Assembly: GCA_964016885.1 (NCBI GenBank)
Contig: CAXHJY010001394.1
Span: 136,959-200,958, forward strand
Source of the DNA: Eledone cirrhosa
Lineage: Eukaryota
Direction of reading: 5' to 3'
Length of the DNA: 64,000 nucleotides
In this document: positions 53,277 through 64,000 of the stretch, in pieces
Layout: each line of letters opens with the position of its first letter
Position numbering within the stretch: position 1 is the stretch's first letter
Notes under the pieces: generated by a model
What the model was told of the DNA's origin: nothing
Databases searched by the model: none
What the model saw: the letters and a program-made list of their open reading frames with translations, nothing else
Translations under genes and position numbers: made by a program

Positions 53277-56200
53277 GCCCTGTGCGTCGATCGTGGGCCG
53301 GCCGGATGTTGACGGATCGATGTGTAATTAGAAGTACATGTGCGGACACTCATTGGCTGTGCGTGGTATGCATTTCAGCAAGATATCTCCGTAACATCAA
53401 GAGTTATGGCTGTGGAGGCACACCTAGTCAAACGTAAACAAGCTCTGGAGCGTATACGCTTCGCGATTTTGTTTACGTTTGACTAGGTGTGCCTCCACAG
53501 CCACAACTCTTGATGTTACGGAGATATCTTGCTGAAATGCATACCACGCACAGCCAATGAGTGTCCGCACATGTACTTCTAATTACACATCGATCCGTCA
53601 ACATCCGGCCGGCCCACGATCGACGCACAGGGCCGGATGGCCCGTTTGCAGTGAATTTTCACCGGAATCGATCTGTAATTACTGGTACATGTGCGGACAC
53701 ACATTTGCTGTGTGTGGTGTGATTTTCACGAAAAACTGCCCATGCTAAATGAGGAAGCTGAAGTCCGCCGGCGAATGGTGTGCTTCGAAGAAAACTAATT
53801 CGAAAATGACCGTTTGCAGGCGGAGTAACCTTTTCGATCGTGGGCCAGCCGCCCGTGGTGGGATACATCTGTAATTACTGGTACATGTGCGGACACACAT
53901 TTGCTGTGTGTGGTGTGATTTTCGAGAAAGACTGCCCATGCTAAATGAGGAAGCTGAAGTCCGCCGGCGAATGGTGTGCTTCGAAGAAAACTAATTCGAA
54001 AATGACTATTTGCCGGCGGAATCACCTTTTCGGTCCTGGTCCGGCCGGATCTTGCCGGATCGATCGGAAATTTGTGGACCATGTTCGGAAGGCCATTGTG
54101 CATGTGTGGTGAAAAAAATTTGTGTCGAAATCTTCTCGGAAAATAACGGATCGCCGGCGGAGATTGCCATTTCGATCGTGGGCCGGCCGGATCTTGTCGG
54201 ATCGATTCGGACATATGTGCATCGTGTTCGCAAGGCCCTTGTCTATGTGTGGTGTGATTTTCATAAAGAAATTCCGAAAAACCCAGTTTTAAATCTGATT
54301 TCGCCAAAGAATTTTGGCTATCAGATCGGGTTGAAAGGTATGGTTTCAGGTCGATCTGAAAGTCTAAAATGGAATTCACTCGGTTAGCTAACTTTTGATA
54401 TATCGGAGATATCTTTCTGAAAATCACACCACACACTCCCAATGAGTGTCTGCACATGTACGAGTAATTACAGATGGATCCCACCACGGGCGGCCGGCCC
54501 ACGATCGAAAAGGTTACTCCGAAGCACACCATTCGCCGGCGGAATTCATTTAGCATGGGCAGTTTTTCTCGAAAATCACACCACACACAGCCAATGAGTG
54601 TCCGCACATGTACCAGTAATTACAGATGGATCCCACCACGGGCGGCTGGCCCACGATCGAAAAGGTTACTCCGCCTGCAAACGGTCATTTTCGAATTAGT
54701 TTTCTTCGAAGCACACCATTCGCCGGCGGACTTCAGCTTCCTCATTTAGCATGGGCAGTTTTTCTCGAAAATCACACCACACACAGCAAATGTGTGTCCG
54801 CACATGTACCAGTAATTACAGATCGATTCCGGTGAAAATTCACTGAAAACGGGCCATTCTGCCCTGTGCGTCGATCGTGGGCCGGCCGGATGTTGACGGA
54901 TCGATGTGTAATTAGAAGTACATGTGCGGACACTCATTGGCTGTGCGTGGTATGCATTTCAGCAAGATATCTCCGTAACATCAAGAGTTATGGCTGTGGA
55001 GGCACACCTAGTCAAACGTAAACAAGCTCTGGAGCGTATACGCTTCGCGATTTTGTTTACGTTTGACTAGGTGTGCCTCCACAGCCACAACTCTTGATGT
55101 TACGGAGATATCTTGCTGAAATGCATACCACGCACAGCCAATGAGTGTCCGCACATGTACTTCTAATTACACATCGATCCGTCAACATCCGGCCGGCCCA
55201 CGATCGACGCACAGGGCCGGATGGCCCGTTTTCAGTGAATTTTCACCGGAATCGATCTGTAATTACTGGTACATGTGCGGACACACATTTGCTGTGTGTG
55301 GTGTGATTTTCACGAAAAACTGCCCATGCTAAATGAGGAAGCTGAAGTCCGCCGGCGAATGGTGTGCTTCGAAGAAAACTAATTCGAAAATGACCGTTTG
55401 CAGGCGGAGTAACCTTTTCGATCGTGGGCCAGCCGCCCGTGGTGGGATACATCTGTAATTACTGGTACATGTGCGGACACACATTTGCTGTGTGTGGTGT
55501 GATTTTCGAGAAAGACTGCCCATGCTAAATGAGGAAGCTGAAGTCCGCCGGCGAATGGTGTGCTTCGAAGAAAACTAATTCGAAAATGACTATTTGCCGG
55601 CGGAATCACCTTTTCGGTCCTGGTCCGGCCGGATCTTGCCGGATCGATCGGAAATTTGTGGACCATGTTCGGAAGGCCATTGTGCATGTGTGGTGAAAAA
55701 AATTTGTGTCGAAATCTTCTCGGAAAATAACGGATCGCCGGCGGAGATTGCCATTTCGATCGTGGGCCGGCCGGATCTTGTCGGATCGATTCGGACATAT
55801 GTGCATCGTGTTCGCAAGGCCCTTGTCTATGTGTGGTGTGATTTTCATAAAGAAATTCCGAAAAACCCAGTTTTAAATCTGATTTCGCCAAAGAATTTTG
55901 GCTATCAGATCGGGTTGAAAGGTATGGTTTCAGGTCGATCTGAAAGTCTAAAATGGAATTCACTCGGTTAGCTAACTTTTGATATATCGGAGATATCTTT
56001 CTGAAAATCACACCACACACTCCCAATGAGTGTCTGCACATGTACCAGTAATTACAGATGGATCCCACCACGGGCGGCCGGCCCACGATCGAAAAGGTTA
56101 CTCCGAAGCACACCATTCGCCGGCGGAATTCATTTAGCATGGGCAGTTTTTCTCGAAAATCACACCACACACAGCCAATGAGTGTCCGCACATGTACCAG

Positions 56201-59200
56201 TAATTACAGATGGATCCCACCACGGGCGGCTGGCCCACGATCGAAAAGGTTACTCCGCCTGCAAACGGTCATTTTCGAATTAGTTTTCTTCGAAGCACAC
56301 CATTCGCCGGCGGACTTCAGCTTCCTCATTTAGCATGGGCAGTTTTTCTCGAAAATCACACCACACACAGCAAATGTGTGTCCGCACATGTACCAGTAAT
56401 TACAGATCGATTCCGGTGAAAATTCACTGAAAACGGGCCATTCTGCCCTGTGCGTCGATCGTGGGCCGGCCGGATGTTGACGGATCGATGTGTAATTAGA
56501 AGTACATGTGCGGACACTCATTGGCTGTGCGTGGTATGCATTTCAGCAAGATATCTCCGTAACATCAAGAGTTATGGCTGTGGAGGCACACCTAGTCAAA
56601 CGTAAACAAGCTCTGGAGCGTATACGCTTCGCGATTTTGTTTACGTTTGACTAGGTGTGCCTCCACAGCCACAACTCTTGATGTTACGGAGATATCTTGC
56701 TGAAATGCATACCACGCACAGCCAATGAGTGTCCGCACATGTACTTCTAATTACACATCGATCCGTCAACATCCGGCCGGCCCACGATCGACGCACAGGG
56801 CCGGATGGCCCGTTTTCAGTGAATTTTCACCGGAATCGATCTGTAATTACTGGTACATGTGCGGACACACATTTGCTGTGTGTGGTGTGATTTTCACGAA
56901 AAACTGCCCATGCTAAATGAGGAAGCTGAAGTCCGCCGGCGAATGGTGTGCTTCGAAGAAAACTAATTCGAAAATGACCGTTTGCAGGCGGAGTAACCTT
57001 TTCGATCGTGGGCCAGCCGCCCGTGGTGGGATACATCTGTAATTACTGGTACATGTGCGGACACACATTTGCTGTGTGTGGTGTGATTTTCGAGAAAGAC
57101 TGCCCATGCTAAATGAGGAAGCTGAAGTCCGCCGGCGAATGGTGTGCTTCGAAGAAAACTAATTCGAAAATGACTATTTGCCGGCGGAATCACCTTTTCG
57201 GTCCTGGTCCGGCCGGATCTTGCCGGATCGATCGGAAATTTGTGGACCATGTTCGGAAGGCCATTGTGCATGTGTGGTGAAAAAAATTTGTGTCGAAATC
57301 TTCTCGGAAAATAACGGATCGCCGGCGGAGATTGCCATTTCGATCGTGGGCCGGCCGGATCTTGTCGGATCGATTCGGACATATGTGCATCGTGTTCGCA
57401 AGGCCCTTGTCTATGTGTGGTGTGATTTTCATAAAGAAATTCCGAAAAACCCAGTTTTAAATCTGATTTCGCCAAAGAATTTTGGCTATCAGATCGGGTT
57501 GAAAGGTATGGTTTCAGGTCGATCTGAAAGTCTAAAATGGAATTCACTCGGTTAGCTAACTTTTGATATATCGGAGATATCTTTCTGAAAATCACACCAC
57601 ACACTCCCAATGAGTGTCTGCACATGTACCAGTAATTACAGATGGATCCCACCACGGGCAGCCGGCCCACGATCGAAAAGGTTACTCCGAAGCACACCAT
57701 TCGCCGGCGGAATTCATTTAGCATGGGCAGTTTTTCTCGAAAATCACACCACACACAGCCAATGAGTGTCCGCACATGTACCAGTAATTACAGATGGATC
57801 CCACCACGGGCGGCTGGCCCACGATCGAAAAGGTTACTCCGCCTGCAAACGGTCATTTTCGAATTAGTTTTCTTCGAAGCACACCATTCGCCGGCGGACT
57901 TCAGCTTCCTCATTTAGCATGGGCAGTTTTTCTCGAAAATCACACCACACACAGCAAATGTGTGTCCGCACATGTACCAGTAATTACAGATCGATTCCGG
58001 TGAAAATTCACTGAAAACGGGCCATTCTGCCCTGTGCGTCGATCGTGGGCCGGCCGGATGTTGACGGATCGATGTGTAATTAGAAGTACATGTGCGGACA
58101 CTCATTGGCTGTGCGTGGTATGCATTTCAGCAAGATATCTCCGTAACATCAAGAGTTATGGCTGTGGAGGCACACCTAGTCAAACGTAAACAAGCTCTGG
58201 AGCGTATACGCTTCGCGATTTTGTTTACGTTTGACTAGGTGTGCCTCCACAGCCACAACTCTTGATGTTACGGAGATATCTTGCTGAAATGCATACCACG
58301 CACAGCCAATGAGTGTCCGCACATGTACTTCTAATTACACATCGATCCGTCAACATCCGGCCGGCCCACGATCGACGCACAGGGCCGGATGGCCCGTTTT
58401 CAGTGAATTTTCACCGGAATCGATCTGTAATTACTGGTACATGTGCGGACACACATTTGCTGTGTGTGGTGTGATTTTCACGAAAAACTGCCCATGCTAA
58501 ATGAGGAAGCTGAAGTCCGCCGGCGAATGGTGTGCTTCGAAGAAAACTAATTCGAAAATGACCGTTTGCAGGCGGAGTAACCTTTTCGATCGTGGGCCAG
58601 CCGCCCGTGGTGGGATACATCTGTAATTACTGGTACATGTGCGGACACACATTTGCTGTGTGTGGTGTGATTTTCGAGAAAGACTGCCCATGCTAAATGA
58701 GGAAGCTGAAGTCCGCCGGCGAATGGTGTGCTTCGAAGAAAACTAATTCGAAAATGACTATTTGCCGGCGGAATCACCTTTTCGGTCCTGGTCCGGCCGG
58801 ATCTTGCCGGATCGATCGGAAATTTGTGGACCATGTTCGGAAGGCCATTGTGCATGTGTGGTGAAAAAAATTTGTGTCGAAATCTTCTCGGAAAATAACG
58901 GATCGCCGGCGGAGATTGCCATTTCGATCGTGGGCCGGCCGGATCTTGTCGGATCGATTCGGACATATGTGCATCGTGTTCGCAAGGCCCTTGTCTATGT
59001 GTGGTGTGATTTTCATAAAGAAATTCCGAAAAACCCAGTTTTAAATCTGATTTCGCCAAAGAATTTTGGCTATCAGATCGGGTTGAAAGGTATGGTTTCA
59101 GGTCGATCTGAAAGTCTAAAATGGAATTCACTCGGTTAGCTAACTATTGATATATCGGAGATATCTTTCTGAAAATCACACCACACACTCCCAATGAGTG

Positions 59201-59547
59201 TCTGCACATGTCCCAGTAATTACAGATGGATCCCACCACGGGCGGCCGGCCCACGATCGAAAAGGTTACTCCGAAGCACACCATTCGCCGGCGGAATTCA
59301 TTTAGCATGGGCAGTTTTTCTCGAAAATCACACCACACACAGCCAATCAGTGTCCGCACATGTACCAGTAATTACAGATGGATCCCACTACGGGCGGCTG
59401 GCCCACGATCGAAAAGGTTACTCCGCCTGCAAACGGTCATTTTCGAATTCGTTTTCTTCGAAGCACACCATTCGCCGGCGGACTTCAGCTGCCTCATTTA
59501 GCATGGGCAGCTTTTCTCGAAAATCACACCACACACAGCCAATGAGT
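53277..59547. repeat. Palindromic satellite array 5: 4 x 1584-bp subunits
   Basis: Same subunit and boundaries; centres 53455, 55039, 56623, 58207. Confidence 0.97.
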
Positions 59548-59619
59548 TTAAAATACTCACCGTTTGATTTGGAAAAACTTAAAATGCTCACATATATATG
59601 TGTATGTATTTATCTATGC

Positions 59620-59669
<50 letters not shown>

Positions 59670-61607
59670 GTATTTATCTATGTATTTATCTATATGCATG
59701 GATATATATATATATATATATATTTATCTATGTATTTATCTATATGCATGGATATATATATATATATATATATATATGTATTTATCTATGCATGTATGAA
59801 TATATAAAATATATATATATATATATGTGTGTATGTATTTATCTATGCATGTATGAATATATAAAATATATATATATATATATATGTATGTATTTATCTA
59901 TGCATGTATATATATATAAATATATACATAAATATATATATATATATATGTATTTATCTATGCATGTGTGCATACATATATATATATATATATGTATTTA
60001 TCTATACATGTATGTATATATATATATATACATATATAAGTATTTATCTATACATGTATGTATATATATATATACATATATATGTATTTATCTATACATG
60101 TATGTATATATATATATATATATATATGTATATAAGTATTTATCTATACATGTATGTATATATAAAATATTGTCATGTTTACAAAAATATTTTTCTAATA
60201 TCGTGTTTAATATTTTATATTGTCGTCTGCTTCTCTTCTCACGTGGTTACTAACTCTCTCACCCTCTCTCTCTTTCCCCTCTCATACAACCCCTTCTTTC
60301 TCTTTCTTTCCCCTCTCACACAACCTCTTCTTTCTCTCTCTTTTTGCCAGTCCCTTCTCTCACTCTCTCTCCCTCTTCCTTTTTTATCTCTTTCTTTCTG
60401 TCTCTGTTTCCCTCCTATAGACATTCTCTCTCTCTCTTTCTGCTCTCACTCAGCCTTCTCTCTCTTTCCCCTCTCACACAGTCTTCTCTCTCTCTCTTTC
60501 CCCTCTCACACAGCATTCTCTCTCTCTCTCTCTCTCTTTCCCCTCTCACACAGCATTCTCTCTCTCTCTCTCTCTTTATTTCCCCTCTCACACAGCCTTC
60601 TCTCTCTATCTATCTATCTCTCTCTCTGGAGATTTTTTAACACAAAGTCACACAAGGATTAGAAAAATGGCGATAATCACTTTGAAAGTAACAATTATGC
60701 AATAAATAGTTGTTATTGCCACGTCTCGTATCCTCCTTTGGCAATGTGTAAAATGTTAGCGAGATCGAGTGAACAATACACAAGTTATAATACTTTACAG
60801 ACGGGACTTATACAGTAGATGTAGCAAAATGCGTAGATTACGATTCTTGAGACGAGATTAAAATATACGATTATGGGATACTTTAAGAAGACGAGTAGAT
60901 GTTTGAGTAGATTTAGCTGCTTTTTCTAGCATTTTTAGTTATACTTTGAAGCAAATTTTTTTTGTTACTATTATATTAAAAGTTATCTGGTTACGTTATT
61001 TGACTGGTATTTCTAGCATTTTACAAGGACCACGTGTGTGTTTTATTTGAGGAAGATCTAGTTGTTATTTCTGATATTTTCTTCATCAAGTTAGTTGCTA
61101 TTTCCTGCATCCTCTTGAAGACAAGGAATAATAATGAATTAGCTGCTGTTTCTAGTAGGTTCTATGGTAGTGGTGAGCGTGGGAGGGAGGTTTGACTGCT
61201 ATTTTTAGCAGGTTCTAAGGCATTGAGGTTTATGTTTTACGAGAGATTTGGCTGTTATTTCTAACATGTTATAATGGAGAGAGAGAGAGAGAGTATAAGA
61301 TATACAGAGAGAGGGAGTATAAGATATAGAGAGAGGGGAAACGGCCGATGTTTACGTTGAGAAAACCTAATAAAATGTTATAAATGGGTTTATAAAGAAT
61401 AGAATGAGATAAACAAGACAAAGTTAGATAAAATAAATCAGCTGTAAGGATATTATACGATATATTTATAATATTTTAATATATTTTTCCTGGTCGTCTG
61501 CTGCCATTGATAGAGAGAGGAGTGGTGGGAGGTAGCCATAACAACCGTGGTAGCAGCACTGAGGTTTGTTTTTAAAGAAGTGAATACAAGAAAAACAAGC
61601 AACTAAG

Positions 61608-62448
61608 AATATTAATCTCTTAAACCCTTCAAGATGTGTATGACAAGAAAGAAGACGTTTTAGAGTCGTATGACATAGATGATAACTGGAAATTCTTACG
61701 TGACAACTTACTGCAGGCTACTGAAGAAACTTGTGGCTGGAGCAGAGCTCCGACCAGACAGAGAGTGACCTGGTGGTGGGACAACACGGTAGATAAGGCC
61801 ATTAGAGACAAAAGACTAGCATGGAACACTTGAAAAAATGGTGGGAGTAGAGACCGATACACAGCTGCTAAGAGAGAAGCTAGACGTCAGATGTACTTAG
61901 CACGCACGGAGGCTGAGAGTAGGAGGTTTGCCAATGTTCTGTGATGGGAAGATCAGAGGCGTGCGGTGTTCCACATTGCAAGGCATGGTGTCAGTGTAAA
62001 TCAGGATGTTGTTGGAGATAAGTGTATCCGGAATGATGCCAGTGTACTTGGTGTCACGAATGATCAAAAAAAGGAGGCCTGGAAATATCATTATGAGAGG
62101 CTGATGAATTGTGGAGAATGAATGGGAGAGAGGGAAACTATCCCCAGTAGACCCAACAGAGGGACCAGCTATTGAGATTGGGGAATATAGGGTACAAGAG
62201 GCAATTAAGGAAATGAAGAATGGCAAGGCTACTGGACTCTAGGGGATAGTTGCTCAGATGCTGAAGGCATCAGAAGTAGGCACTAAACTGGTTACACACA
62301 TCATCAATCAAGCTATATATGGTAGTGTCATACCCAAAGAATGGTGCAGCAGTATTCTCATAAATTGGTACAAAGGTAAAGGGGATGCTCTGGAGAGGAG
62401 CAATTATATGGGCACTTCAATATTTAATGATACAGGTGATAAAACAAC
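61608..62448 (+). pseudogene. Decayed RTE LINE mid fragment (copy)
   Basis: Copy at +51988. Confidence 0.88.
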
Positions 62449-63517
62449 AACTATAAGGTAAATAAGTCACCTTATGTTATTTACAAACATTAACGTCCAC
62501 CTTAATATGAAATAATCACCATAAAAGAGGAAGCGAGGGCATCGGCTACCGGCACCCGGGCTGCTCTCTCATCCTGAGTGGGATCTTCCAGCGTTGATGC
62601 ATCACCACGTTGATGTAAAACTTGGTTTTTCACTTTGGGATAATACACGTATTTGCAACTTATTTATGTTTATTTACGTTGAGCGTAATCGATTTGTTTC
62701 CATATCTCCACGCGTTTTATTTCATAGTCATAGTTATAAAATTAGAAAACTTTCTTTAAAAAAAACAAATTAACGCGGGTAACTACAAGATAACCTTGTT
62801 TTGTAATACTGGCAGACATTGAAGATTCTTTATGGATGGTTGATACTCAGCTGCCAGGAACACAGGATGTGGCAGAGGGTATAAGATTTGCCTGCTATTT
62901 CTAGCAACTTCAATGACCACATAATTGGTTTGTAATTTTGTTTTAAAGTGTAAGGGTTTACACAGCCATTTATGAATTTCTAAGAGATACGTTTACGATG
63001 AGATACACTTATTAAAAATACTTTCATTGCATAGTTCCGTTTGTAAAGGCTTTAATTTACTGTACTACTCGGGAACCTTTTAATAACACACAGGATTAAG
63101 TCCATGTTTGTTCAACCAATTAATGGTATCTGCTGTAGTAGGGGTAACGATGGAAATATGGCGATGATTAACTCCACCCTGGGGTATAATGTAGAATTCA
63201 TATTTTTCAACTTGCCCATACGTGTATTATCCCAAAGTGAAAAACCAAGTTTTACATCAACGTGGTGATTTCAAAGTTTATTTATTTACACATGGTGGTG
63301 GGGGGGGATACGGAAATAAACGAAGGTTGACGAATGACGTCACATTCTTCTACTTTCACTTCTGACAGCCAATTCCGTTGTAGTGCCATATATAAACATG
63401 ATGGTCACGGCTGGAACAACTTTAATTATAGGTCTGCTCAATCATACTAACATGGGATTTAAATTGAGCAAAGTTGGAGTTGTCTCCCTTGGTACTTTAC
63501 TACGCTACGTTTGTTTA

Positions 63518-64000
63518 TATATATCATCATCATCATCTTCAACATTATCATTTAACGTTCATTGTTATCACACCTGCATGGGTTATACAGGTTGTCACGT
63601 TATGAGACATGTCAGGTGTGGAGACCAGGTCTCATATGGATGTGTATTTTGGTTTGGTTTCTAAGGCTGGATGCCCTTCTTAACACGAAACACGTTACAA
63701 TGTGGACTGCACACTTTTGTATGACCACCTTACAGGATGAACTGGGTGTTTTTATTGTTGTAGCATCAACGAGGTGTGTGGGATATTTAGCAGGTGAGGG
63801 CAGGGCCTTATGAATAGGAAGGGGTGATGAGAAGATTGGTGAAGACTAGTGTGTTCTCTACATGTTTGTTTTATTTCATTTTCAGCACATGGGAGGGGGG
63901 GGGGGTCTTCTACATTACAGCATGACGCCAGAGATCTCGATCCTGTGACATTTCCATTGAGAGGTTTAATTGGGCAAGGCGAGCTTTTATTATTTCATCC
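63518..64000 (-). pseudogene. Decayed RTE LINE 3' end (copy cut by window edge)
   Basis: Copy at +51988. Confidence 0.8.

Larger units (their letters stand above)
1..64000. repeat. Macrosatellite: tandem 11.4-14.6 kb units (8245 bp + n x 1584 bp)
   Basis: The identical ORF MRVKLGMRG recurs at 1031, 15612, 28609, 40022 and 53019 (spacings 14581, 12997, 11413, 12997). Spacer ORFs recur at offsets +12997, +24410, +37407 and +51988. All copies have the same orientation. Confidence 0.98.

Overview
Eukaryotic, gene-free, fully repetitive window. The repeat families resemble those I recall from cephalopod (Octopus-like) genomes, but this assignment is tentative. The window is a head-to-tail macrosatellite of about 4.9 near-identical units with periods 14581, 12997, 11413 and 12997 bp, i.e. 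8245 + n x 1584 with n = 4, 3, 2, 3, and the fifth array again has 4. Each unit has two parts. (i) A CpG-rich array of 1584-bp subunits built from a ~196-bp monomer in alternating orientations. Each subunit has a ~1-kb, ~98% palindrome with a 27-bp loop, a second older palindrome axis, and two nested fold-backs. (ii) A constant 8310-bp AT-rich spacer holding TA and CT minisatellites, three decayed RTE-clade LINE fragments, a Helitron 3' end and three MITE-like elements. I found no intact protein-coding or structural RNA gene. The most notable feature is the multi-level palindromic, alternating head-to-head/tail-to-tail satellite architecture, together with its SNP-ordered copy-number variation.
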